A stretch of 64,000 nt of DNA. Source: Tubiluchus corallicola (Eukaryota; Animalia; Priapulida). Both the position numbers and the translations under genes were made by a program. Under the pieces are notes generated by a model. That model made no database searches. It worked only from the letters and a program-made list of their open reading frames with translations, and was not told the DNA's origin. The stretch lies in the NCBI GenBank assembly GCA_030141605.1, contig JAQGDQ010000040.1:848721-912720 (forward strand). The letters run 5' to 3'. Numbering within the stretch: the first letter of the stretch is position 1; each line of letters opens with the position of its first letter. Below are positions 32,661 to 42,488 of this stretch, one piece after another.

Positions 32661-33559
32661 TGGTATTCCCCACCGCACATAGGGGTTTGTCACATTTTTT
32701 GTCCAACCCTGGTTTGGCACATTTGCAAAAGCACGCACCCTTCGGGATGCACTAACTTTTGCAAAAGAGCCAAACGCCGACACACAAAACAAAAAATCCG
32801 CCAAACCCCTATTTTAGCCCGCAGTAAAATAAACCAAAAAAAGAGCCCCGAAAAATCCCGCTTTGCGGGGTGGCCTGTCTGCCGAACAGGCAGGAAAATC
32901 TGACGGCGGTGTCCGCCGTTCCGCCCTCTTTGATGGAAAATCCGGTTGATGATGCCGACCGATGGTCGCCCCTGATGGAAAATGAACCATCCTCCCGAAA
33001 AAACGGGACAAGTTGTTTCGCCCTGTTGATGAAGCTTTCAGGCTTTCAGCCTTCCTTGTCCACCTGCTCAGCGGATAAAACGGCTGGCAAGCCATCCTGT
33101 TCGGATGACAAGCCTGACGGGTTGACCAGACCGAACCAGCTTACCGATGTCCTGACGGTTTCAACCGGACGAATGTCCGAACCCCAAGCTGACGACTCAA
33201 CACGCTCCGACGCTCGGTTGACGCAGACCGCCAACGCATCCAGACAGGCTGACGAAAATTTGACAATTTTCGTCATTATGTTGATAACTAAGGTTTTTAG
33301 TGAATTTTTTGTTGAAAAAACGTTCGAACTTCGTTCAGAAGTTTGCGACATAACAAGACAACCTGCTCTTAGTAGGTTGTCTTACCAATATCGCAAATCT
33401 CTGAGCAAAACTCAAGCCTTCTCTCAACAACAAGTTCACAAAAAAAATCTTAACTTCCACTTTAGAATAGAATAAGATTACCGGTATAGCCACAGCTCAT
33501 CTAGAATTAATGCGACACTTGCTACTACTGGATGAAGTTTAAAAAGGATGATGGAGAAG

Positions 33560-34080
33560 TGGAGTTGCATGTAACATTTACAGAAGCTAAGTCACAGGTA
33601 CTGTAATAGTGAGTACTTCGACTAAAGGAGAATATGCTGGTGGTCTGATAGGGTGTTTTCATGGGGGAACTATTGAGGATAGTTGTGCCACAGGCAATGT
33701 AGAAGAGCCACTACGTGTAGGAGCATTTTTTTGGCGTCTAGACCAGGGTGATACCCTCGTAAAAAGGTGTTACGCTATAGGTAAGGTTACAGGAGATGTT
33801 GATGATTCCACAGGAGGGCTTGAAGGCAGTCAATGGAAAGACAATACTAGTAAAATAGTTACTGAGATATGACCAGTGCGGAGCAGGGCGGCAGATCCAG
33901 CACAAGGAACAACAGATATTTCTGCTGCGGCTAATCTAGAAGAGATAGGGGGCCAATACTAAGACACAGGCCAAGATCCTGATCTTGCAGTTTTCACTAA
34001 CTGGAGTTTTGGCGATGATGATGACACTTCCTGGGATTGGTGCACAATGGGCAGAGGCCTTTTTTCTGCTAGCAAAATAA
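33560..34080 (+). pseudogene. Fragmented GLUG-motif surface protein
   Basis: YAGGLIG..., SCATGNV, CYAIGKVTG, TGGLEG; downstream ...FTNWSFGD...W in broken frames; limits approximate. Confidence 0.55.
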
Positions 34081-34111
34081 TAATTAAGAAAAAAGAAACA
34101 AAATAATACTA

Positions 34112-34147
34112 TAAGCCTGTGCTGCAGACAAAGGCACAGGCTTTTTT
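34112..34147 (+). terminator. Intrinsic terminator
   Basis: AAGCCTGTGC...GCACAGGCTT followed by T tract. Confidence 0.6.
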
Positions 34148-34258
34148 ATCTCTATTAGAAAAAATGCCAAATACAGCTTAAAAAAACTATTTTTAAACTG
34201 TACTTGGCATTACCTATAACTTATTCTTAGATTCTATCTAAAAATAAAACAGAAAACA

Positions 34259-34600
34259 TTAACCATTGTTATTTTGTGCCAAATAGATACCGTAAGCATG
34301 AGGTAAACTTCCAAGCATATCACAAAAATTTGTGGCAATTCTATCATACTCCTTTATATCTGGACTTTGTTGACTAACTCTTATAGCCCTTATTACACGC
34401 ATAAACCTTCTAGCAAGACCAGGTATGGGTTGATAATTACCCTCATTCCTATCTCTTAAATATGTTATACATGCAGTTGCAAGATAACTGCCTGCTTGCT
34501 GAAAATCACCAGGTATGCTTAAATGATAATAAATGTTATAACTATCCACGTAGTTCACATACTCATCATTATAATAATTTAATATCTCTTCTACAGTCAT
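34259..34600 (-). CDS. Hypothetical protein (113 aa)
   Basis: ORF followed on - strand by hairpin ATGCCAAATACAG...CTGTACTTGGCAT (~34164-34210). Confidence 0.55.
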   Translation of the reverse strand: MTVEEILNYYNDEYVNYVDSYNIYYHLSIPGDFQQAGSYLATACITYLRDRNEGNYQPIPGLARRFMRVIRAIRVSQQSPDIKEYDRIATNFCDMLGSLPHAYGIYLAQNNNG

Positions 34601-34775
34601 CTTTAACTTATTTAACTTAACATGTAATAAATTAGTTAGTAGTGCAGTAAAATACTTCTCAACACTTTCCCACTTATAAAAATTATATTACTCCTACACT
34701 AAAAAAATAAGGGTGAAGTTTTAATAAAAAACTTGTTAACTCTACCCCTAACTTTATTTACTAGTATACGCACTT

Positions 34776-35603
34776 TTAAATATGTTCTAGCTCGATATCT
34801 GCTACTAATTTATGAGCATTATCTCCTAGCTTCTCCCTTACACGGGAGTTTAAATCTTCATTATACACATCCATATTTAAACTTCCTGTTTGCATACACT
34901 TTTTTATATGCATTTTAGAAGAGTCATATTTGAAAAATAGAACTTGTGTTATCTTCTCGCTATAATTGAAGTGAAAGGTTCCTGTTTTCATAACAGGAAC
35001 TCCTCCATGGTCGTTTGCTGAGACTATTTGAAAAGCACTTCTATTTTGATTATTAGGCTCTTCGTGACTAAATATCCTTAGCCTATGGTCGTCTTTGGGA
35101 AGACTTTTAAGGGCATCTACAGCGGCCATCGCTATTGCTAACTCATTTCCGGTAAGAGCAGCTTCTAATATTTTCACAACTGTCTCGTCCATAGAAAGCC
35201 CCTTACCTTTCCTTGAAAATGTAGTGAACTCAGAGTCCTGAATAACCCATCCTAATATTCCTAATATCTTTGTATATCTTTTGTACCAGTTGATAGGCTC
35301 TATTTTTTGATCATAAATATTATTTGCTGCTAACTGGGAAAAGAGAACACAGTCCTCTACAGTTTTTTTATTCTTTTCACTTATATCTTTTGTAAAGGAC
35401 ACAATACTTTTACCAGTTATAGAGGCTGAAGGTTCCTTAGCTAATGCTGCTTTCAAAGGTCTGGGTCTCCTAGGCAGTGAATCTATTAAATGATGCGCCG
35501 ATAATTGAATATTGTCCAATTGCTCAGAAAATAAAACTGAAGTGCTTTTTGTTTTCATAATTATTCTTTTAAAGAAATTATTAATTAAGATAGTTATTTT
35601 CAT
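34776..35603 (-). CDS. Hypothetical alpha/beta protein, possible Cyt/Evf-like fold (start may be 35558)
   Basis: SIVSF...QLAAN...WYKRY..ILG.LGW pattern followed by beta-rich C-terminal half; fold assignment is inference. Confidence 0.75.
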   Translation of the reverse strand: MKITILINNFFKRIIMKTKSTSVLFSEQLDNIQLSAHHLIDSLPRRPRPLKAALAKEPSASITGKSIVSFTKDISEKNKKTVEDCVLFSQLAANNIYDQKIEPINWYKRYTKILGILGWVIQDSEFTTFSRKGKGLSMDETVVKILEAALTGNELAIAMAAVDALKSLPKDDHRLRIFSHEEPNNQNRSAFQIVSANDHGGVPVMKTGTFHFNYSEKITQVLFFKYDSSKMHIKKCMQTGSLNMDVYNEDLNSRVREKLGDNAHKLVADIELEHI

Positions 35604-35903
35604 TTAAGAAAAACAAAAAATAAAAAAATAAAAAAACATAAGAAATATTAGGAAATAGAAATTTTCATACAATTGAAGCCTCTTTCAAAGAACCTCCGAC
35701 ATACCTCAAAACCGTCCTCAAAAGCTATTACAGCTTTTGGCATGACTTAAACCGACCCCCTTTATTCTTGTTTTGACACAAAAGAGTCAAAAATCAAGTC
35801 TGTAAATGCTTTTGATGAAAGTCTACGCTGCCGGCTTTACTATCATCTCAAAAACCAATTTCTGGTAAAAGGCCCAGATAGAGAGAAGATTTTTCACCCC
35901 GCC

Positions 35904-36108
35904 TTTCGCTGTTTTTCTATCAAAACCCTTTAAGGGCAGTTTTTTCTGTTTCGCGGAGTTTGTAAGTTCATCTTGATTTTGACTTGACGATTTTCCTATC
36001 ATAATCTGCAGGGTTTTGCACGGAAGCTGCAATAGTCCTTGCTTTAGGGCACTATAATTTGTCAAGTCTTCAGCTTTATATTGATGATGTTGAATGAGTT
36101 AAGTTTAA
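35904..36108 (+). repeat. ~205-bp direct repeat, copy A
   Basis: Shares CGATTTTCCTATCATAATCTGCA, GGTTTTGCACGGAAG, AATAGTCCTTGC and CACTATAATTTGTCAAGT with 49281-49486. Confidence 0.85.
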
Positions 36109-36307
36109 TTTAAGGAGCAACTAATTAAAAAAAACAAAACTCCTGGAAAAGTTCATGGCACATAGAATCTTACCACATCTTTTGTCTAATCCGAAACTGA
36201 TACAAAACTAATCTACCCGAATACTCATACTGCTCAACTGACACTAACCGACATCCCATCTTTGCAGATTGACAAAAACTTAACCATCTCTGTACTGTAA
36301 CCTGCCA

Positions 36308-39300
36308 CTACCTCTTTACTAACACAACGGGTAACACTACTGCAATAGTAAAGATGGAAAATACAAGACCCCCTATAGTTCCTGTAGCAAGAGCCTTCCA
36401 CAAAACATCGCTTCCTCCCAATAAAAATGGTATAAATCCAACTATGGTTGACAAAACGGTAATCAAAATTGGGGTTATCATTTTATTCCATGCTTTCAGG
36501 TACCTTCTCTTTTCATTTTTGCAATACTGTAAGTTATTAAAGGCATTGGTAAAATAGATTATGGCATTTACCGTGATTCCTCCCAGCAGAACAAATGAAG
36601 CGTATCCCCCCTGATCAAAATTCACATTAAAAATATGGAATACCAGAAATACACCAATATATGAAAAAGGTATTATCATTATAACCCAGAGCGCCTGTTT
36701 AAGTGACTCGAAAAGTATTGAAGTAATAAAGAATATAGTTAATATAATCAGTGAAATTACAAATAACCAGGCCTTGCTCTCTTTAGCAGGTTTCTTAAAC
36801 TTGTTCCCTGCGGAAAACCCCGAGGGGCAAATACTGTTTATTAATCTGATCTGTTCTTTTTCATACTGCTTTGCTATTGAGGCTGAGCCCATAAAATCAA
36901 AGCTTAAAAAGAGCTGATACTGCTGATTGTATCTTACAATATCAACTGGTGAAATTTCTTTTCTTATGTGGCCATGCTTAATAAGTCTTGTGTACTTTTC
37001 TCCAAAAAAGCCGGCTTCATTCATAAACCGGTAGGGATCGTTATCCTTTTTGTTAGCACTCAAGTAGTGCTTTGTTAAGACAGTATCAGGTTTAAAAGAC
37101 CCAATATAAAGAGGTGCTCCGGTTTTCTTTGCAATTGAGTTTACTATTTCTTTTTTTATTAAAGGGTGATTGATGTTAAGACTATCATTGAAATGAAATA
37201 CACTTTGGCTTTGAGATTCTCTGATATTGAAGAAGGAGTGTTTTGAATGTATTGATACGTTTCTCACTCTGGGGTTTGATTGCAGTCTGGCCTTACTCTC
37301 TTTTGCTATCTTTGTCAGCTCTTCAAAATTATATCCATAAAGGTAAAACCCCCATAACTTATTGCTCTTACTAACCTCATGTGTTACCTGGGTGTTTAAC
37401 TCTTCAAATGAAAGCATCCAGTCGGTTCCACCCGCATATTTATTTAAATAACCGGCACACTCATCAAGAACTAATAACGGTAATATTGGATCACTTCTCT
37501 CTTCAAATGAAATACCTACATAAGCTTTTTTATTTTGTGTAACTTCAACCTCTATATTTTTAATCCCCTTAATTCCTAATAAAAAGCTTTCCAGGCCTTC
37601 AACCTGAGTGTTTAAATTTTTAAAACTATACTCCTTTTGAGAGTTGCCGGATATAGTAAGTTTTTTCTCACGGTGAATACTTGTTTTGTAGTTACCAATA
37701 GCGTTTTCGACAAACGGGCGAAGAAAACCACCTGTTGCTTTATCAATAAAAGGACGAATTTTTTCTGAGAAGAATGGGTTTGAAAATATTTTATTGTAGT
37801 ATTCGCAGTACCTGATGTTTTCGTTAAGATGTGATGGTAATCTAAAAAATGGAGTGCCGAATGCCAGTATATATACAATGATAATTAGCCGTTTGTGTTT
37901 AACAGCCAGGTCAATGTATTTTGAGTATAGATAGTTAAACCTGGCAACCCTGCTTAACTTTAAATGGTTTTTTGATTTTGCTGCATTAAATGGAAATTTC
38001 TGAATAAGTGCCGGGATAAAGAAAAGGGCACTAAAGAATGATATACTCAGGTTAATTATAATTACTAAAGCAAAATCATACCAGAAAGACTCTATTTGTG
38101 TGGGCACAATATTAATTGTGTACAGAGCTCCTACTGTTGTTAATGTTGCGGTAAATAGCGGCAGAATTATCTTCTTTTCCGAGCTTTTTTTCAGATAATC
38201 AATTACAATAATACTGTTGTCTATGATCATCCCCAGGGAAATAGTTATACCGGACATGGTATAAAAGTGAATTTCCATACCTAGCAAGTAATAGGCTAAA
38301 AAACAAATGCTTATGTTTACCAGGAGGCTGATTCCAATTAAAAATATGTAATTGCGGTCACGATAAATTAACCAAACTGATGCTATTAATAGTATTACTG
38401 TTAAGAGAGTACGGTAGCTTATATTTCTAATCTCTCTCTTTACATAGGTTGTGGAGTCTGTAACCAGGTGAATGTTTAAGCCATTGGGTAGTGAGCTGCT
38501 AAGGGCCTGCATCTCATTTTTTATCTGTGAGGCTACTTTGATATGGTTCTGTTTCTCCTCGGCAAGCAACCTTATGTATATATTATTAATGCCATTTACT
38601 CTGTAACGACTGTTGATTTTACTGTTTTGCTGTTTTACTGATATAACATCGGAAAGAGTAACAATGTGATCGTTAAGCGTTTTAACCGGTATTTTGTTGG
38701 CATTAATACTTCTGTCATGACTTGAAGAGAACCTAACTGTGTATAAGCCTGTGTTTGTCTGGTCTGATATTTTAACTCCGCTAATTTCTGTTATATTGCT
38801 ATAATTCCTAATTGCCTGTAATATATCCTGGTTACTTAGTTTAAGTTTTGCTGCCTTATCGGAGTCAATTAAGAAATGTATCTCTTTAGAATACACCCCT
38901 TCCAGCAGCACCTCTTTCAGCCCGTTTATACTTAGCATATCCGGGATTAAGCTATTGGTAACGATCTTATTGATTTCATTAGCTCCTTTATTGCCCTCCA
39001 CCCTGTATACCATGATTGCCTTATTGCTCCGGCCTTTATGAGCTACGACACCTATCTCAGGGAAGTTAACGCCTTCTGGAAAATGTTTCCAGGCCTGCCT
39101 GATTGCCAGGCTTAATTTTAGTTTAAACTTTTCAACATTTGTGTATTTATCCAGTTTCAATGTGATTTGTCCTCTGCCTGTTTTACTCTCGCTTGTAATT
39201 TCAGCTACCCCGCTTAACGATGCTGCAATTCCTTCAAGTTTTGAGGTTATATTATTTTCGATGTTGTAGGGTGAGGCTCCTGGTGAGTAGTAGCTTATAT

Positions 39301-39439
39301 AGATGTTGCTATTACTACTTTCAGGATTTAACTTCACATTAAGGAGAGGAGATATGAAAATACCGGCTAATGCAAACAGAGTAAAAAATACAATAACTTT
39401 AAATTCACTAAACTTCAGATTAGAGTTGTTTGTGAACAT
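36308..39439 (-). CDS. RND (AcrB/AcrD/AcrF-like) efflux permease
   Basis: 1043 aa; GMIIDNSIIV; two TM bundles; ILFESLKQ. Confidence 0.9.
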   Translation of the reverse strand: MFTNNSNLKFSEFKVIVFFTLFALAGIFISPLLNVKLNPESSNSNIYISYYSPGASPYNIENNITSKLEGIAASLSGVAEITSESKTGRGQITLKLDKYTNVEKFKLKLSLAIRQAWKHFPEGVNFPEIGVVAHKGRSNKAIMVYRVEGNKGANEINKIVTNSLIPDMLSINGLKEVLLEGVYSKEIHFLIDSDKAAKLKLSNQDILQAIRNYSNITEISGVKISDQTNTGLYTVRFSSSHDRSINANKIPVKTLNDHIVTLSDVISVKQQNSKINSRYRVNGINNIYIRLLAEEKQNHIKVASQIKNEMQALSSSLPNGLNIHLVTDSTTYVKREIRNISYRTLLTVILLIASVWLIYRDRNYIFLIGISLLVNISICFLAYYLLGMEIHFYTMSGITISLGMIIDNSIIVIDYLKKSSEKKIILPLFTATLTTVGALYTINIVPTQIESFWYDFALVIIINLSISFFSALFFIPALIQKFPFNAAKSKNHLKLSRVARFNYLYSKYIDLAVKHKRLIIIVYILAFGTPFFRLPSHLNENIRYCEYYNKIFSNPFFSEKIRPFIDKATGGFLRPFVENAIGNYKTSIHREKKLTISGNSQKEYSFKNLNTQVEGLESFLLGIKGIKNIEVEVTQNKKAYVGISFEERSDPILPLLVLDECAGYLNKYAGGTDWMLSFEELNTQVTHEVSKSNKLWGFYLYGYNFEELTKIAKESKARLQSNPRVRNVSIHSKHSFFNIRESQSQSVFHFNDSLNINHPLIKKEIVNSIAKKTGAPLYIGSFKPDTVLTKHYLSANKKDNDPYRFMNEAGFFGEKYTRLIKHGHIRKEISPVDIVRYNQQYQLFLSFDFMGSASIAKQYEKEQIRLINSICPSGFSAGNKFKKPAKESKAWLFVISLIILTIFFITSILFESLKQALWVIMIIPFSYIGVFLVFHIFNVNFDQGGYASFVLLGGITVNAIIYFTNAFNNLQYCKNEKRRYLKAWNKMITPILITVLSTIVGFIPFLLGGSDVLWKALATGTIGGLVFSIFTIAVVLPVVLVKR

Positions 39440-39446
39440 AGCTGTT

Positions 39447-42400
39447 TTATTTTATGGTGCGCCGTTTTATAGTACTTGTGAGGCGGTAAAGCCATATATA
39501 AAAAAATGGAAGAAAGAGTAGGCTAACGATTGTTCCAACTCCAAGCCCCCCAATTACTGTTAGTGCCAGAGGTTTTTGAATCTCATTACCTAGCCCTGTC
39601 CCAAATAAAAAAGGTACAAGCGCAAAAATCGTAGTCAGGGTGGTCATAATAATAGGTCTTAACCTGATCTGCCCGGCTTTATGCACGGCATCAGGAACAG
39701 AAAGCCCTTTCTTAATCAGCCTGTTAACTGTATCTATCTTTAAAATGGAATCATTGATTACAATCCCGGTTACGACAATTATGCCTATCATGGATAGTAT
39801 GTTTAAGCTGGAGTTAAACAGGTATAGCATAAAAACAGCGCCCATAATATCGATAGGAATCTCAAGTAATATTATAATAGGCTGGCTTAGGGATTCAAAC
39901 TGTGCAGCCAATATTAGATACAGAAGAATAAAAGAGACTAGCATAACTAGGACCATCTCTTTAACGAACTTGTCTTTATCCAGAAATGATCCGGCAACCC
40001 CTAAGCGCCAACCGTGATTATTTTTAATTAACTCTTCTGCTTTATCAATAACTGTGCGGGGATTGCCAATGCTGCTCAACTCATAAGGCAGATATTTGCC
40101 TTGTCGGTCAGAATAGATGACACTCCAGTCAGCTGTTTTCTCTTCTGTGCCTAATTTACTCAATGGAATAGTGCCCTTTTCACTACTATTAACCATAAGT
40201 CTGTCTGTCCAGTTTCTTCTGTGATCATTTGGATATTGAAACACAATATCCCTGACTCTGATTCCCTCAGATATTGATGTAATCCTCGAAGGTTGTAATA
40301 CCGCCTGTAGTTCACTAATTAGGGACTCATACTCGATATTCATTAAACTTAACTTGATAGGGTCTATTACAAACCTTAGTTGTTCCTGCAGAGGTATTGT
40401 TACTCCTTTTTCGGGATAAGATAACGAATCGAGAGACAAAAGTGTGGAGTGAAACCTATCCGGGCCGGCAAGCTCCGGCTCATCATAGTAGAACCGTAAA
40501 GCCAGCTTGGGCTCGTCATCTAAGAAAATATAATCAAGTAAGTTTGGAGCAATTTTATACTCAAACACGGCATCAGGGTAGTTTTGCTCCATCCATTTTC
40601 CAATCAGTAAATATGCTTTTTCTTTATTATTTATAGTGTTAAAAGATAAATAATACCCTGTTTCTCTTGTGTTTTGCTCTTTTAAGTGCTGTAAAAAATA
40701 TTGCTGTTGCCCTACCCAGGCCATTTGCTGTACTGTATATTTCTCTATATGCTTCCCCAGGTCAATAGTTCTTTTAAGGTTCTCTTTTGCTGTTATTGGC
40801 TGATTCCAGTCTATGCTCACCATAGAGTTGAGCCGGGTTATATAAGGTATTTTTTTTCGCTCGATAAAGTTTAATGACAATACACTTCCAACTATCAGCA
40901 GAACACATAGCACAGCTATCTTTTTTTGGTTCTTATCTATCTTTTTGAACCCATACTCATAGAGTTTTTCAAACCAGGTGTTTATCCGAGTACTTTTCCC
41001 ACTTAGCCCCGGGTTTAGCAGCTTGTAATATACGGGCACTAAAATGATGGAGACTCCCAGTGAAACAAACAACCCAACCGCTACTGCAACTGCCTGATCA
41101 TAAAAAAGGGCGCCGCTTATTCCGCTAAGAAATATTAATGGTATAAAAATAGATATAGTTGTTAAAACAGAGCTTAGTAGTGGAGAGAATACTTCACCTC
41201 CCCCCTCAACTACCGCAAGCAATAACTTTTTTGTTTTATAATATTTCCTGTTAATATTATCCACAACAATAATTGCATTATCAATCATCATACCTATGCC
41301 CAGGATTAGGCCTGACAGCGAAATAATATTTATCGATATTTTCAACAGATAAAAAAACATTATGCTTATTGATAATGAGATAGGTATGCTCAATCCTATT
41401 AGTAGTGGTAGTTTTCTGTTGCGGATAAAAATAAATACAACACATATTACCAGAAGTACTCCTGTTATCAGTGTTGTGAACAGGTTAGAGATAGTAATGC
41501 TCAGCAGCTCGCTCTGGTCATTTACTATTTCAAGCTCAAGGTGAGGATTACTTGCTTTAATATCGACAATTACCTCAGAGATCTCTTTTTTCAGGTTGTC
41601 AAGCCTGGCCCTGTCTTGCCGGATTACAGCCATTGATACTGTAGGTTGTCCGTTTATCAGGCAGTACCCATTTGCATGCTTTGGCCGTTTTACAACCTTA
41701 CATATATCACCCAGTGGAATAGTCTTTTCCCTACCTCCCTTTTTGATGCCTGTCTGCCTGATATCTTCTACGCTTTTTATTATAGCTGGAAAAACAAGGC
41801 TATACTCGAAATCATTGCGTGTCAGGTTTACCGTTGTGGTTTTGAAAGTACTCTCCTGTAATGAACTTTTGATATCTTCAAAGCCAATGCCCAGGATCCT
41901 TAATTTATTTGTGTCGGGAATTATGGCAATTTCATCTTCAGTTAATCCCGAAATATCTATAAAAGCTACTCCTTTTAGCTGTTCCAGCCTTCTTCTTATG
42001 ACATCTTCAGCAAATATGTTGAGCTCGGAAGGTGTTATTTTACTCTCTTTTTTGGCAACTATGTTCAGGTAAAACACCGGTATATCATTTGCCCCGATTT
42101 GCACAATATTTGGGCGCTCTATTTCACTAGGTAGTCTGGGTAGCACCTTGTCGACTTGTTCATTAACTTCGACAAGGGCCATCTCCATATCTGTGTCGAA
42201 TGGGAAAAACAGCTCAATTACACTGAACCCGTCAAAAGTTTTTGATTTAATATCATCAATCTTTGTGATTTGCATTAACTGATGCCGTATGTGCTGTGCA
42301 ACTTCGTCCTCCAGCTTTCTTGGGCTGTAGCCATGGGCTTCGGTCTTGACAATAATTTTACCAGCCGGAATATCTGGAAGGAGAGATACTGGAATATGAA

Positions 42401-42488
42401 GTGATGCAACCGTACCCAATAACACAAGCGCCAGAAAGGCCATACTTACTGCTATAGGTCTATCCCTAAAGAATGATAATACTTTCAT
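39447..42488 (-). CDS. RND (AcrB/AcrD/AcrF-like) efflux permease
   Basis: GMMIDNAIIV, LAAQFESL.QP, RLRPIIMTTLTT. Confidence 0.93.
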   Translation of the reverse strand: MKVLSFFRDRPIAVSMAFLALVLLGTVASLHIPVSLLPDIPAGKIIVKTEAHGYSPRKLEDEVAQHIRHQLMQITKIDDIKSKTFDGFSVIELFFPFDTDMEMALVEVNEQVDKVLPRLPSEIERPNIVQIGANDIPVFYLNIVAKKESKITPSELNIFAEDVIRRRLEQLKGVAFIDISGLTEDEIAIIPDTNKLRILGIGFEDIKSSLQESTFKTTTVNLTRNDFEYSLVFPAIIKSVEDIRQTGIKKGGREKTIPLGDICKVVKRPKHANGYCLINGQPTVSMAVIRQDRARLDNLKKEISEVIVDIKASNPHLELEIVNDQSELLSITISNLFTTLITGVLLVICVVFIFIRNRKLPLLIGLSIPISLSISIMFFYLLKISINIISLSGLILGIGMMIDNAIIVVDNINRKYYKTKKLLLAVVEGGGEVFSPLLSSVLTTISIFIPLIFLSGISGALFYDQAVAVAVGLFVSLGVSIILVPVYYKLLNPGLSGKSTRINTWFEKLYEYGFKKIDKNQKKIAVLCVLLIVGSVLSLNFIERKKIPYITRLNSMVSIDWNQPITAKENLKRTIDLGKHIEKYTVQQMAWVGQQQYFLQHLKEQNTRETGYYLSFNTINNKEKAYLLIGKWMEQNYPDAVFEYKIAPNLLDYIFLDDEPKLALRFYYDEPELAGPDRFHSTLLSLDSLSYPEKGVTIPLQEQLRFVIDPIKLSLMNIEYESLISELQAVLQPSRITSISEGIRVRDIVFQYPNDHRRNWTDRLMVNSSEKGTIPLSKLGTEEKTADWSVIYSDRQGKYLPYELSSIGNPRTVIDKAEELIKNNHGWRLGVAGSFLDKDKFVKEMVLVMLVSFILLYLILAAQFESLSQPIIILLEIPIDIMGAVFMLYLFNSSLNILSMIGIIVVTGIVINDSILKIDTVNRLIKKGLSVPDAVHKAGQIRLRPIIMTTLTTIFALVPFLFGTGLGNEIQKPLALTVIGGLGVGTIVSLLFLPFFYIWLYRLTSTIKRRTIK

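Larger units (their letters stand above)
28143..33383. mobile_element. Decayed integrative/transposable element at the tRNA-Pro 3' end; no own recombinase visible
   Basis: 38-bp inverted repeat 28152-28189 / 33346-33383; related subterminal motifs at both ends; cargo of HTH, RM remnant and IS remnants. Confidence 0.7.

Noticed and set aside
33260-33287. TTATGTTGATA resembling the XerD arm of dif
   Set aside because: No XerC-like arm at 6-bp spacing, and no reversal of strand bias across the site
28180-33355. Tn7-like or CAST interpretation of the TGT...ACA ends near a tRNA
   Set aside because: The flanking 5-mers are inverted (TGTTA/TAACA) rather than direct, and no tns or cas genes are present
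32814-33475. 201-aa + strand ORF and overlapping - strand ORFs
   Set aside because: Runs through the right-end motifs and across the junction; no recognisable domain
35823-36065. 80-aa - strand ORF
   Set aside because: Lies in direct-repeat copy A; the frame is broken by indels in copy B
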